Shown piece after piece: positions 1 through 9,375 of a DNA stretch of 64,000 nucleotides. Below the pieces are notes generated by a model. It saw nothing but the letters and a program-made list of their open reading frames with translations, searched no databases and was not told where the DNA came from. Numbering within the stretch: position 1 is the first letter of the stretch; each line of letters starts with the position of its first letter. The DNA comes from a virus: positions 43,375 through 107,374 of IMG/VR virus record IMGVR_UViG_3300044835_000075, one strand, 5' to 3'. The position numbers and the translations under genes are program-made.

Positions 1-152
1 TCGTGCAGCGCCATCTTCTGGATGCCTGCCCAGATCTCGTCTTCGAGGTCGTAGAGCAGGGGGTCGGCAAGGTCGACGTAGCCGGACAGCGTGACGGGGT
101 CCATGCGGGGCGCATCGGCCCATAGCTGGGCGAGTTCGCTATCGGTGAGCAT
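1..152 (-). CDS. N-terminal fragment of a gene running off the left edge (possibly terminase large subunit)
   Basis: ATG at 152 overlaps the stop of 152..817; open frame MLTDSELAQLWADAPRMDPVTLSGYVDL to the window edge; function guessed from position only. Confidence 0.4.
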   Translation of the reverse strand, partial: MLTDSELAQLWADAPRMDPVTLSGYVDLADPLLYDLEDEIWAGIQKMALH

Positions 153-817
153 CAGGTGCCGCCGATGATGCGGGAGCGCTCCGTGTCGCTCAGGGCCGGG
201 CCGACGCGTTCCATGCTGGCGACCATCTCGCCGCCGCCGGTGCGGGCGGCGACGATCGCGCGGGACGCGGCGCGGCGGGTGGCCTCGTCGTCCCACGGGA
301 TGCCGAGCTGCTGGCAGAGCATCTTGAGGGAGGCGACGACGGTGTGGCCGTAGCCGCGCATGACGTCGACGTGCTTGGCTTCGATACCGATGCGCAGGCC
401 GTCTTTGATGAGGCGGGCGGCGCGGTCGCGTTCGCGCTCTTCCATCGCGGCGAGGCCGCGTGTCTCCTCGGAGACCTCGTAGATCTCGCCGAACTTGTCG
501 GAGTCGTACTTGTGGCCGACCAGGGAGCCGAGTCCTTCGTTCTCGTAGGCCTGGGCGAGCTTCTCCCCGAGGAACTCGGCGCGGGCCATGGACACGGCGA
601 CGAGCCGGGCGTAGGCCTCGGCGAACTGGATGGGCCGGATGCCTTCGGATCCGAGGTGAGGCAGGCTGGCGGCGAGAGCTTTGACAGTGCGCTTCTCGAC
701 GTCGTCGGCGGCACCGGGCGGCGGGAGGGTGGGGTCGTCGTAGGCCGCGTACGCGGAGACGCCCGAGAGGCCTCGGGGCCACTCGTCCGGGTCGTGTTCG
801 TCGTCGTTCTCGGCCAT
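152..817 (-). CDS. hypothetical phage protein, possible terminase small subunit
   Basis: 221 aa; helical C-terminal half (EERERDRAARLIKDGLRIGIEAK) resembles actinophage proteins found upstream of terminase large subunits. Confidence 0.4.
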   Translation of the reverse strand: MAENDDEHDPDEWPRGLSGVSAYAAYDDPTLPPPGAADDVEKRTVKALAASLPHLGSEGIRPIQFAEAYARLVAVSMARAEFLGEKLAQAYENEGLGSLVGHKYDSDKFGEIYEVSEETRGLAAMEERERDRAARLIKDGLRIGIEAKHVDVMRGYGHTVVASLKMLCQQLGIPWDDEATRRAASRAIVAARTGGGEMVASMERVGPALSDTERSRIIGGT

Positions 818-887
818 GGCGCCAGCATAAGCGGGGTGCGCATACAGGCACGCCCGCCGCGCTGGTCGGCGTGGCGGGCGTGAGCGG

Positions 888-1439
888 CTAGTAGGTGACG
901 TCGTATTCGACGCGGGTGCCGCCGTCGAGGCAGCGGGCGGCGACGATCTTGCCGTCCTGGTCGCCGCACTCGGAGACCGTGACCCGGTCGCCTCTGGTCA
1001 CGATGGGGACGATGGCGCCGACGGCGGCGGCGACGTCGTCGGCGTTGAACGTCTCGCCGGGCTCGGCGTGCACGGTGATGGTGGCCTGTTCGGCGGCGGG
1101 CCGGGCCCTGCGGGTGTTGGGGATGCGGCGGGTGACGGCGAGGTGGGTCGTGCCGAAGAATTCACCGTACTCGGGGTGGGGGGCAGTGGTGCATTCGACG
1201 TGGTAGCCGCCGGTTTCGAGGATCTCCTGGGCGCGCTGGGCGAGGCGTTCGCGGTGGGCGGGGGCGTCGATGGAGACAATCACGCTGACGAGGGTGGTCC
1301 TGCGGCCGCCGCCGCTGATGTAGATGCCTTCGGGCATCGCTCGGCGGTGCCGGTGGGTGGTCATGAGACCGTTTTCCTTGAGCAGGCGGGAGACGCCGGA
1401 GGCGGTGATGGGGATGGGGGCGTTCGGGGTTTCGGTCAC
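888..1439 (-). CDS. hypothetical protein
   Basis: GGAGG RBS and conserved promoter cassette directly upstream. Confidence 0.75.
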   Translation of the reverse strand: MTETPNAPIPITASGVSRLLKENGLMTTHRHRRAMPEGIYISGGGRRTTLVSVIVSIDAPAHRERLAQRAQEILETGGYHVECTTAPHPEYGEFFGTTHLAVTRRIPNTRRARPAAEQATITVHAEPGETFNADDVAAAVGAIVPIVTRGDRVTVSECGDQDGKIVAARCLDGGTRVEYDVTY

Positions 1440-1459
1440 GGTGTCCTCCGGGTTGCTGG

Positions 1460-1501
1460 GCGGAACAACGTAAGTAAACCACTCTGGGCGCGGCTAGTCA
1501 A
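1460..1501 (-). promoter_or_regulatory. class I promoter cassette TTGACT-17-TTTACT plus GTTCCGC
   Basis: copy of a motif repeated about 21 times in the window. Confidence 0.85.
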
Positions 1502-1517
1502 CTAGCCGCGCCCAGAG
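1482..1517. repeat. perfect 17-bp inverted repeat overlapping the promoter
   Basis: CTCTGGGCGCGGCTAGT-CA-ACTAGCCGCGCCCAGAG. Confidence 0.9.
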
Positions 1518-1519
1518 CC

Positions 1520-1627
1520 CTACTCCTCCAGCGCGTCGGCGAGGCGCTGCGCCTCCTCGGCCTCCGAGGCCTGCTTGTCCGTCGCGGCCTTCGCCGCCTC
1601 GCGGATCTCCTTCTCCGTGAACGTCAC
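1520..1627 (-). CDS. small helical protein (35 aa)
   Basis: MTFTEKEIREAAKAATDKQ...; GTGA overlap with upstream gene. Confidence 0.55.
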   Translation of the reverse strand: MTFTEKEIREAAKAATDKQASEAEEAQRLADALEE

Positions 1628-2259
1628 GTGATCACCTCCCCTGCTGCCTTGCGCACGACCAGGGCTTCGAGGTCGGCGAGAGTGAGCTGGATCATCGGCT
1701 CCGGCGAGTCCGAATACATCAGGCGACCGAGGCGCACGCCGACCTCTTCCGCGACCCGCTCGATCGCCTCATAGCGCCTGAGGGCCTCCAGCTGCCTGTC
1801 CCGCTTCTCCTGCGCGGCGGCGCGGGCGGCCAACGACTCCTCGGCTCGCTTGATCGCGGCGGGCTGGTAGGCGCCGACGACCTTGCGGGCAGAGAGGGTC
1901 TTCCACACCCAGCCCTCGGGGGCGGGCTCACGGGGCAGGTCGACCTCCTCCCCGTTCTCGATCCGCTCCCCCAGCGCGAAGGCCACCCTGCGGTGCTCGT
2001 CGGTGACGGGGTCGTTCGCCGTGGTCTCCAGCACCGCCCAGTGCGCGATGTCCTTGACCATCTCGCCGGTCGCGGCGAGCAGGAGGAATTCCGCGTAGTT
2101 CCCGACATCGGTGCGGTGGTGGTAGACGCGCTTCTCCTTGAGCCTTGTCGACACCCACAGCGGCCCGATGGCTAATGCGGGCATGAGCTTGGGCTTGATG
2201 GCCCAGCCGTTTTCCTCGTAGCCGACCAGGAGGCCGGGCAGAACGTCCTTTTTGCGCAT
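1624..2259 (-). CDS. hypothetical protein
   Basis: MRKKDVLPG start with AGGAGG RBS. Confidence 0.75.
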   Translation of the reverse strand: MRKKDVLPGLLVGYEENGWAIKPKLMPALAIGPLWVSTRLKEKRVYHHRTDVGNYAEFLLLAATGEMVKDIAHWAVLETTANDPVTDEHRRVAFALGERIENGEEVDLPREPAPEGWVWKTLSARKVVGAYQPAAIKRAEESLAARAAAQEKRDRQLEALRRYEAIERVAEEVGVRLGRLMYSDSPEPMIQLTLADLEALVVRKAAGEVIT

Positions 2260-2269
2260 GGTGTGCCTC

Positions 2270-2620
2270 CTAGGCGTGGATGGGAGTGAGGTCGGTGATC
2301 TGTCCGTTTCGGACGATGACGTAGCGGTTGCGTCCAGCGGCGGATCCGGCTTCGAGGGCGGGGATCCCGGCGGCGGCAAGGGCTTTGTTGCACTCGTCGA
2401 GCTGGGCGTTCCCGTGTCGCATGTAGACCAGCGTGGCGGGGTCGGTGGCGACGATGAGGGTGTTCCAGGTGTAGCGGCCCCGGGTGCGCGTCTGAGTGAG
2501 GTGGACGTAGCCGGGCCGATTTCCGGTGGGCGGGACGACCTCGTCCACTACCCAGGTGCCGCCTCGGCCGGTCACGGTCACGGTGTCGTCGGCGGCGATG
2601 TCGGGGCCTCGGAAGGCCAT
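2270..2620 (-). CDS. hypothetical protein
   Basis: GAGGAG RBS, promoter cassette upstream. Confidence 0.75.
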   Translation of the reverse strand: MAFRGPDIAADDTVTVTGRGGTWVVDEVVPPTGNRPGYVHLTQTRTRGRYTWNTLIVATDPATLVYMRHGNAQLDECNKALAAAGIPALEAGSAAGRNRYVIVRNGQITDLTPIHA

Positions 2621-2643
2621 GGTCTTCTCCTCGGGTTCGTCGG

Positions 2644-2685
2644 GCGGAACGTAGTTAGCTAACCACGCTCCGCCCGGCTTGTCAA
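2644..2685 (-). promoter_or_regulatory. class I promoter cassette TTGACA-17-TTAGCT plus GTTCCGC
   Basis: repeat motif. Confidence 0.85.
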
Positions 2686-2695
2686 CCCGGTGGTG

Positions 2696-3013
2696 CTAGT
2701 GGAAGGCGGGGACTTCCTCGTCGGCCGAGTAACCCTCGACCGGCGAGGCATCCACGGCGTCGGTATCGACGTCGGGCTGCCCGTCCTCGTCGTCGCCCTC
2801 GGTCGCGGCGACGTCGACACCCTGCGCGGCCTGGACGGCCTTCGAGATGTGCGAGACGCGGCACGCGTAGAACTCCGCATTGCCGCCGTCGGGCAGGTTC
2901 ACCAGGCCGCTGGTGCCCTTGGACGGCGGACGGCCGTCCTCGTCCGGCCGGGCGACGTCGCACTCGGGTGCGTCGCATCCGTACATGACGACCTCTTTGG
3001 TCGATGTGGCCAT
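2696..3013 (-). CDS. small Cys-containing acidic protein
   Basis: CDAPEC and ACRVSH motifs; GAGAGGA RBS. Confidence 0.7.
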   Translation of the reverse strand: MATSTKEVVMYGCDAPECDVARPDEDGRPPSKGTSGLVNLPDGGNAEFYACRVSHISKAVQAAQGVDVAATEGDDEDGQPDVDTDAVDASPVEGYSADEEVPAFH

Positions 3014-3070
3014 GGAATATTCCTCTCATCGTTGCCCGTCCGCGCGGTGCGGACGGCGCGGGACCCCGAT

Positions 3071-3099
3071 AGTTAACCACGTCGGGCGCGGCTTGCGAA
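3071..3099 (-). promoter_or_regulatory. degenerate class I promoter cassette (TTCGCA-AGCCG...TGG-TTAACT)
   Basis: same spacing and core, weak -35. Confidence 0.7.
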
Positions 3100-3101
3100 A
3101 C

Positions 3102-4130
3102 TCAGCCGACGCGGTAGACCCGGTGGGGCGGCCGGTAGTCCGGCGGATCCTCCGGCCCGTACTCGTAGGACTCGATCGTCACCGTCTTGCGCAGGCTCCG
3201 ACCGGGCCCGTACGCCTGCTGGCGGGTGTGTTCGCGAACGTGCACCCGGTGTTCCACCGGCGCCCGCGTGCCCGGCGTGCGATCGGGATCCGGTTCCACG
3301 CGGCGACGCGGCGAATGCAGCGCGACCTCGCACACGGTGGGCGACGTGAGGCCCTCGTTGCGGGCCCGGCGGGCGGCGGTCTTGCGGACATGCTCCTGGC
3401 CCGGCAAGGCACCGGGCGCCTCGGGGATGCGACCCATGAGGTCCCACAGGCCCATGATCATGCGGCCGATGGAGACCACCAGGTCTTGCGGGACCTCGCC
3501 GCGTGCGCGGATCTGGGCCTTGTTCACTTCTTTCACCTCGATAATCATCTGTCCGGCGGGGAGTTCGTTGAAGTAGTGGACGAACTGGATCGGGAAGTAC
3601 AGGCCTCCTCGGCGCAGGCGGGGCAGGTCGCCGCGCTTCTCCGCGTCACGCAGGATGACCTTGCTGTAGTAGTCCGGTTCACGGTTCGCGTCGTTCCACA
3701 GCAGTGCCATGGTCCCGAAGCGGGGTTCGCTGTCGCTGGTGCTGTCGATGTAGGCCAGCGGCACCCAGGTGATCACGTGCACGAGCTGCTCACGGCCACT
3801 GTTCTCGGTGAACGCGAAGGGCTTTTCCAGCACCGCGACACCCATCGGGTGCGGGGGTGGAAAGTGTCCGGCGACCATGTCGTCGGAGTGGGACTCGGCG
3901 GTCGGCCGGATCGCGTCGGTGACGGATTCACGGACGCGGTAGGTGGTGGCTTCGCCCAGGACGGCGCGGAACGACTCGGAGGCGGAGACGGTTCCGTGCT
4001 CGGCGTTCTCGGCGGTCGGCAATCCTGCCTCGACAGCGGCGTTGTCGACGAGCCGGGTGATGATGTTGCCGGGCTCGTTGAACCGCGCGAACAGGTCGAG
4101 GTGGATGTCGAGCACCTCTTCCGCGCGCAT
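3102..4130 (-). CDS. conserved phage protein of unknown function
   Basis: C-terminal HVREHTRQQAYGPGRSLRK...GP motif typical of a widespread phage family. Confidence 0.75.
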   Translation of the reverse strand: MRAEEVLDIHLDLFARFNEPGNIITRLVDNAAVEAGLPTAENAEHGTVSASESFRAVLGEATTYRVRESVTDAIRPTAESHSDDMVAGHFPPPHPMGVAVLEKPFAFTENSGREQLVHVITWVPLAYIDSTSDSEPRFGTMALLWNDANREPDYYSKVILRDAEKRGDLPRLRRGGLYFPIQFVHYFNELPAGQMIIEVKEVNKAQIRARGEVPQDLVVSIGRMIMGLWDLMGRIPEAPGALPGQEHVRKTAARRARNEGLTSPTVCEVALHSPRRRVEPDPDRTPGTRAPVEHRVHVREHTRQQAYGPGRSLRKTVTIESYEYGPEDPPDYRPPHRVYRVG

Positions 4131-4777
4131 CAGCGGGCGCCGAACGCGGCCGCGAAGCCGCCGGGGAGGTACTTGTCGGCGGCCTCGCCGGGGGTGAGCG
4201 GCTCACCGGCGACGATGTAGGCGGTGCGGCCCTGGTGCTGGCCGATCTCCCAGGCGATGCCGTGGGCGGCGAAGAACTCACGGAGCTGGGTGGCGATCGA
4301 CCGGCGGGTCCGCGTGACGGTGACGCCGGGGGTCGGCCGGTCGGCGGCGAGGATCGCGGCGCACTCGGCGTCGACGATCTCCTCGTAGCCCTTCTGGAAG
4401 GCGAGCATGATCTCTGTGCCGCCGCCGCCGACGGGGATGCCGTCGAGCGCGGCCATGACGACCGGGTTGAGGGCGGGCGCGCCGTGCTGGCCGTCGCGGC
4501 GGGCTTGGCGGCCGACCTCGACGAAGTCGGTGACCGGCGCGGCGACGGGCTCGGTGTGCAGGACGAACCAGCGGTTGCCGTGGATGTTGATGTTGTAGGT
4601 GCCGTTCTCGTTGTCTACGAGCCGGGCGAAGTCGTAGGTAGCGAGGTCATGCCACGCGCCTTCGGTGTTGACGATGGGGACCATCGCGCCCCGGTTCTGG
4701 TCGTACATGGTGATGTGGTCGATCGTGGCCTTGAGGGCGGCGATCTTGCGGGTGGCGGTGCGGGCGATGGTCTTCAC
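4130..4777 (-). CDS. hypothetical protein
   Basis: GTG start after AAGGAG RBS; promoter cassette upstream. Confidence 0.75.
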   Translation of the reverse strand: MKTIARTATRKIAALKATIDHITMYDQNRGAMVPIVNTEGAWHDLATYDFARLVDNENGTYNINIHGNRWFVLHTEPVAAPVTDFVEVGRQARRDGQHGAPALNPVVMAALDGIPVGGGGTEIMLAFQKGYEEIVDAECAAILAADRPTPGVTVTRTRRSIATQLREFFAAHGIAWEIGQHQGRTAYIVAGEPLTPGEAADKYLPGGFAAAFGAR

Positions 4778-4799
4778 GGTAACTCCTTCGGGCTGTCGA

Positions 4800-4841
4800 G
4801 CGGAACACCAATAGATAACCATGCTCAGCGGGGCTTGTCAA
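4800..4841 (-). promoter_or_regulatory. class I promoter cassette TTGACA-17-TTATCT plus GTTCCGC
   Basis: repeat motif. Confidence 0.85.
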
Positions 4842-4858
4842 CTGTGTTACCGTGAGCC

Positions 4859-5482
4859 ATGCGAATTTACGCACCCCTGGTGCTCATAGCCCTCGCCCTC
4901 GCCGGATGCACACCGACCGGCGTCGCCGACACCCTCACCGCCCCGCCGACCGGCACCCTCTCCCAGCTGACCGTCAACGACGGTCACGCGCCGAGCGGCT
5001 ACGTCCGCAGCCTGTTCGGCACCGCGTGGGCCGACACCGACCACAACGGGTGCGACCAGCGCGAAGACGTCCTCATCCGCGACACCGGCGCGGTCAAGAC
5101 CACGCGCAAGGGCAGCTGCTACGCCGACGCCTCCGCGATCCACTACGCGAGTCCGTACACGGGGCAAGTCCTCACCGTGCGGGCCACGATCCAGATCGAC
5201 CACATCGTGCCGCTGGGCGACGCGTGGAAGTCCGGCGCGAATGCCTGGACTCCGGCGCAGCGTCTCGCGTTCGCGACCGACGAGACGAACCTGTGGGCCG
5301 TGGACGGGAAGTCGAACGAGGCCAAGAGCGACAAGACGCCGGATGCGTGGAAGCCGCCGCTGCACGCGACGTGGTGCGCCTACGCCCAGCGCTACATCGC
5401 CAGCAAGGTCAAGTACCACCTGAGCGTGACGTCGGCGTCGCGCGACGCGCTGGGCTCGATGCTCGGGACCTGCTCGGGATAG
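4859..5482 (+). CDS. secreted/lipoprotein HNH nuclease (DUF1524-like)
   Basis: signal peptide with LAGC lipobox; QIDHIVPL, FATDETNLWAVD, SNEAKSDK motifs. Confidence 0.85.
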   Translation: MRIYAPLVLIALALAGCTPTGVADTLTAPPTGTLSQLTVNDGHAPSGYVRSLFGTAWADTDHNGCDQREDVLIRDTGAVKTTRKGSCYADASAIHYASPYTGQVLTVRATIQIDHIVPLGDAWKSGANAWTPAQRLAFATDETNLWAVDGKSNEAKSDKTPDAWKPPLHATWCAYAQRYIASKVKYHLSVTSASRDALGSMLGTCSG

Positions 5483-5517
5483 TTGACAAGCCGGGGCGGG
5501 CATGGTTTACTTATCTC
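5483..5517 (+). promoter_or_regulatory. class I promoter cassette TTGACA-17-TTTACT, leaderless
   Basis: repeat motif; ATG 6 nt after the -10. Confidence 0.85.
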
Positions 5518-5751
5518 ATGACCACGAACGAGACCCCCGCCCCGGCCCGCACCGTCCGCAACGACCTCCCCGTCATCGCCGCCGCCCTCGTCATCCTGGC
5601 CCTCGTCTTCATCTTCCCGGCCACCCGCCACATCGTCGTCCCCGCACTCACCACCGCCTGGACCGTCCTGTTCAACTACCTCGTCACCGCCGTCGGCACC
5701 GTCATCGGCGGCGTGGTCCTCCTGTTCGACGCCGTCACCGGACTGCTCTGA
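5518..5751 (+). CDS. small membrane protein
   Basis: two hydrophobic segments; leaderless start. Confidence 0.75.
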   Translation: MTTNETPAPARTVRNDLPVIAAALVILALVFIFPATRHIVVPALTTAWTVLFNYLVTAVGTVIGGVVLLFDAVTGLL

Positions 5752-6236
5752 TGCGCCGGTGGGTGCTCGGCAAACTCGGCGCACTCGCCTGGCTCGACGA
5801 CCTGACCGAGTTCGGCCGCCGCGTGCTGGAGGCAGAAGACCGCCGCGACCGGTGGCGCGCCCGCGCCGAGGAAGCCGAAGCACGGGTCGCTCTCACCGAA
5901 CAGGACACAGCCGCCGCGATCCGGCTGCTCGTCGAGCCTCCGCCGACGCTGAAATGCATCAAGATCCGGTGCTACAGCCAGGACATCGCCGACAAACTCG
6001 CACGCAGCGTCGAACGGCAATCCCGCTGGGAGCCGAACGCGATGCACGCCTACAAGTGCGACCGGTGCCCGCTGCAACCCGTCACCGGCGAACGCTGGTG
6101 GCACATCGCGATGACCGACCCTTCGATGCGCGGGAACGGCAAGTTCGAGCACTGGAACCGGCCCCTGCACCAGCACCCGATCCAGTCCGAGCAAGGCGAT
6201 GCGCTGCGCGCCCGGCTGTTCGGCGAAGCCGGATGA
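5751..6236 (+). CDS. hypothetical protein with possible Zn site
   Basis: TGATG coupling; AYKCDRC...WWH motif. Confidence 0.7.
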   Translation: MRRWVLGKLGALAWLDDLTEFGRRVLEAEDRRDRWRARAEEAEARVALTEQDTAAAIRLLVEPPPTLKCIKIRCYSQDIADKLARSVERQSRWEPNAMHAYKCDRCPLQPVTGERWWHIAMTDPSMRGNGKFEHWNRPLHQHPIQSEQGDALRARLFGEAG

Positions 6237-6436
6237 GTCGCCGCGTCCAGCTGGTCAACCCGTTCACCTCGCCACCCCGGGTGCTCGTCCTCATCCTGCT
6301 CTTCCCCGCCGTCGCCTTCACCCTGGCCGTGGTCATCATGGCGATCAACCCGGTCGCCGGGTACGACTACCCCGTCACCCCGCTCGCCCCGCCGACCGTC
6401 ACCCGGACGATCGTGCACTCCCCCGTGGACCGCTAG
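6233..6436 (+). CDS. small membrane protein
   Basis: ATGA overlap; one hydrophobic helix. Confidence 0.6.
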   Translation: MSRRVQLVNPFTSPPRVLVLILLFPAVAFTLAVVIMAINPVAGYDYPVTPLAPPTVTRTIVHSPVDR

Positions 6437-6445
6437 GAGCCCGCC

Positions 6446-6595
6446 ATGAAGGAAGTACCCCCCGAGATCGCCGAACTGGTGAAGTCGCTCGGCGCCGCCA
6501 TCGCGGCCGCGACCGAGGAATTCGACGCGCTCTGCGAGAAGCTCGACGAGATAGACCCGCGCTGGGACAGCGCCGAAGCGTCCGAAGGGAACTAG
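6446..6595 (+). CDS. small acidic protein (49 aa)
   Basis: AGGAG RBS; MKEVPPEIAELVKSL. Confidence 0.6.
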   Translation: MKEVPPEIAELVKSLGAAIAAATEEFDALCEKLDEIDPRWDSAEASEGN

Positions 6596-6598
6596 GCG

Positions 6599-6928
6599 AT
6601 GCACCTCGACAAAAAGCCCACCGTCACCCTGACTCCCGGTACCTACGTCAAGCACATGCGCTGCTGGTACCTGCTCACCGGCGTCCTCGCGCACGGCGAA
6701 GGCGAGCACCGGTTCCAGGCGCTCACGCCGGAAGGTGTGGTCGTGGCGATCAGCATCTACCAGGGCATGACCGAAGTCGGCGCGCCGAACTGGCTGCCCG
6801 GCCCGTTCACCCCCGCGACGCTGCGCTTGCGGGCCCGCAAGGATGACGAGAAAGCGGTGATGTACGCCGAGGCCGCGCGGTCGCGGCGCACGTTGGCCGA
6901 CCGGCTGGACCCGCTCGGCCGATCGTAA
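6599..6928 (+). CDS. hypothetical protein
   Basis: operon continuation ending before a terminator. Confidence 0.7.
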   Translation: MHLDKKPTVTLTPGTYVKHMRCWYLLTGVLAHGEGEHRFQALTPEGVVVAISIYQGMTEVGAPNWLPGPFTPATLRLRARKDDEKAVMYAEAARSRRTLADRLDPLGRS

Positions 6929-6938
6929 TCCGGATACG

Positions 6939-6979
6939 ACAGAAGCCCCTCCCGACTGCTGCACGGGAGGGGCTTCTGT
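6939..6979. terminator. hairpin between convergent genes
   Basis: ACAGAAGCCCCTCCCG...CGGGAGGGGCTTCTGT, 16-bp stem. Confidence 0.85.
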
Positions 6980-6988
6980 GCGTCGAGG

Positions 6989-7732
6989 CTACGCCCTAGG
7001 GACGGGGCAGGTCACATCCCCGTTTTGTTTAAGCAGGTAGGTAAACTGCTTAACCGTCATCCGGAACCGGCCCTTGTCGCCCCAGGTGTCCGACCACGAG
7101 TTGTCGAACGTGAGCACCCCGGCCGACAGGGTCTTGCCGGGCTCGTACTCGCGACACATGATCTCGTGGCCACCCTCGACCTTGCCGGACAGGGAGACGA
7201 ATCCCTTCGAGTCGGGCTGGTCCATGCCGGAGAGCCACACCGTGCCGAAGATGAACGGGGCGCGTTCGAGCGCGGCCAGCGCGGCCGAGACGCTGAACGC
7301 GTGCTCGTAGCGGTCAATGATGCCTCGGTTTTTCAGGACCGTAGCGATGGCCAGACCGTTCGATCCGGTGTCCATCGGGGGATAACTTCCCGGCTGGTCG
7401 TCGGCCTTGGTGGCGTCGCTGTAGAGCTTGACGGCGTAGGCCTCATTGAGTGAGAGCCCGCGTACCGGGGTCGTATCGAAGAACGGTTCGCAGCCGAGCA
7501 TCCCGGTGCCCGCGTTGCCGGTGCAGGATCCGAGGTTGCCCTGGTCGAGGATCGGGGTGCGGCGCTCGTGCAGGATGGCGACCGGCTTCGGCGCGGACGC
7601 GTGCATGACGGGGTAGGCGAGTGATCGGGGGTCGTGTCTGACGTAGCGGCCGAGGGCCATTCCTTCGGGGCGCGGACGGCCCGGGATCAATGCGACAATT
7701 GGGTCGTGACCTGGGATTTCTTCGAGGTTCAT
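6989..7732 (-). CDS. papain-like cysteine peptidase (C1 family)
   Basis: DQGNLGSC catalytic Cys, GGHEI His, DNSW...WGDKG Asn motif. Confidence 0.9.
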   Translation of the reverse strand: MNLEEIPGHDPIVALIPGRPRPEGMALGRYVRHDPRSLAYPVMHASAPKPVAILHERRTPILDQGNLGSCTGNAGTGMLGCEPFFDTTPVRGLSLNEAYAVKLYSDATKADDQPGSYPPMDTGSNGLAIATVLKNRGIIDRYEHAFSVSAALAALERAPFIFGTVWLSGMDQPDSKGFVSLSGKVEGGHEIMCREYEPGKTLSAGVLTFDNSWSDTWGDKGRFRMTVKQFTYLLKQNGDVTCPVPRA

Positions 7733-7784
7733 GGGTTCAGCGTCGCATCGGTTGCGGGCATCTGGTCGGCGGCGCGCCGGTGAG

Positions 7785-7833
7785 TTGACTAGCCGCCGTC
7801 ATGGTGGTTTACTTACCATCCTACCCGTTCCGC
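7785..7833 (+). promoter_or_regulatory. class I promoter cassette TTGACT-17-TTTACT plus GTTCCGC
   Basis: repeat motif. Confidence 0.85.
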
Positions 7834-7856
7834 ATCCCGAGCCCGAAAGGTCCGCA

Positions 7857-8291
7857 ATGGACGCCTTCTTCAAGTTCATCACCGACAACCTCGGATGGAT
7901 CATCGTCCTCCTGTTCGTGTTCGGCGGCGCCATCCTGGAGGTCTTCTCCGACTGGATCGGCGCACTCGTCAAAAGCCTGTCCGGGCGCGGGAAGAACCGG
8001 CAACTCAAGGCCTCGATCAAAGCCAAGGACGCCGAACTGGCGCGGGCGCACGACCTGCTCACCGCCATGGGGCCGGGGCGGGCGATCGTGATGCCGCCGC
8101 CGGATCCCCGCATCGAGACGGCCGCGCGGATGGCTCGTCTGCTCGACAAGGTGCAGGAGGCCGACACCGCGCTACCGCAGCTGAACAGCGAGTTGCGCGC
8201 GCAGATCGACGCCGAGCTTGAGCAGTTCCACGTCCAGCCTGACCCGCTGGTCATGCCCGACTGGTCCGCCCGGAAGCATCGGCGCCGGTAG
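7857..8291 (+). CDS. membrane-anchored hypothetical protein
   Basis: N-terminal TM helix then coiled coil; GAAAGG RBS. Confidence 0.75.
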   Translation: MDAFFKFITDNLGWIIVLLFVFGGAILEVFSDWIGALVKSLSGRGKNRQLKASIKAKDAELARAHDLLTAMGPGRAIVMPPPDPRIETAARMARLLDKVQEADTALPQLNSELRAQIDAELEQFHVQPDPLVMPDWSARKHRRR

Positions 8292-8326
8292 TTGACAAGC
8301 CGGGCTCACGGTGGTTTACTTACCTC
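8292..8326 (+). promoter_or_regulatory. class I promoter cassette TTGACA-17-TTTACT, leaderless
   Basis: repeat motif; ATG 6 nt after the -10. Confidence 0.85.
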
Positions 8327-8821
8327 ATGACCGAGACGCGCACCGCCCCCGCCACCGCCCCTCGATTCCGCTACATCGGAACGACAGACGAGTGCGTGGA
8401 TTGCGAGCGCCCCGGCTGCCCGAAGGTCAACCTCAAGGCCACCATCGTGCTGATGATGCTCGACGCGGAAGGCAACGACGACGACGTCACCTACTACGGC
8501 TCGACCTGCGCGGCCAAAGTGCTCGGCATGACCGGCCGGGGGCAGGGCGCGAAGGTGCTCGACAAGGCCCGCTTCGCCCACCAGAAGACCATTGAGGCCG
8601 CGAAAGACGCGCGCCGGATGCTCGGCCACTACGGCCTTCCGGAGACCGGTCAGCCGGACGTCGAGGCCATGATGACCGCCGTCGACCGCTTCCAGGACGC
8701 GCACCGAGTGGCCATCTGGTTCAACGAGAAGACGCGCGGCGACTGGTTCGACATGGTCCGCGACATGCTCGCGCGGCGACAGGCGCAGATCGCGGACGCG
8801 AAGCTGATCGGCTTCGCCTGA
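8327..8821 (+). CDS. Cys-rich hypothetical protein
   Basis: CVDCERPGC...YGSTCA. Confidence 0.75.
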   Translation: MTETRTAPATAPRFRYIGTTDECVDCERPGCPKVNLKATIVLMMLDAEGNDDDVTYYGSTCAAKVLGMTGRGQGAKVLDKARFAHQKTIEAAKDARRMLGHYGLPETGQPDVEAMMTAVDRFQDAHRVAIWFNEKTRGDWFDMVRDMLARRQAQIADAKLIGFA

Positions 8822-8878
8822 TCCACCCGGCCGGGGGCATCCGCCTCCGGCCTCGCTTCCCCAAACCCGGAGGGCATC

Positions 8879-9154
8879 ATGCACACCGCTTATATCAACG
8901 TCTCCCGGCACTACAGTCTGCGCGGCGACATCCGCACCAACCGGGAAATCCAGGTCGAGTCCGGTCCCGACGAGGGCCGCACCCAGACCGATGACGCCGC
9001 AACGTCGATCCAGGTTTTCAGCTGCACCACCGGTGCCCCGATCGGCGGGCAGAGTGTGCTCGACCTTGCGCAGCTGACCGAGTTGCGCGACGCGCTGAGT
9101 GCGCGAATCGCCGAGTTGGCTCCAGCTGCCGAACCCGCCCGCGACGCCGACTGA
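8879..9154 (+). CDS. hypothetical protein
   Basis: GGAGGG RBS. Confidence 0.65.
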   Translation: MHTAYINVSRHYSLRGDIRTNREIQVESGPDEGRTQTDDAATSIQVFSCTTGAPIGGQSVLDLAQLTELRDALSARIAELAPAAEPARDAD

Positions 9155-9375
9155 TGGGCGCGCTCAACCGCCGCCACCGAACAGCCGACATCGACAAGAT
9201 CACGTTGAGCGCGGAGACGCTACTGGTGCTGCCCGCCGTCGCCGACTTCCTCGACGAGACAGGCAAGGGGATGCGGCTCAAGGCTGAACGGGAAGGCCTC
9301 TCGCTGGCCGCCGACATCCTGCGCGCCGAGTTGCTCGGCCCCGCGCTCGGCCTGTCTGCCCCGGGCGCCGACTGA
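9154..9375 (+). CDS. hypothetical protein
   Basis: TGATG coupling at both ends. Confidence 0.65.
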   Translation: MGALNRRHRTADIDKITLSAETLLVLPAVADFLDETGKGMRLKAEREGLSLAADILRAELLGPALGLSAPGAD

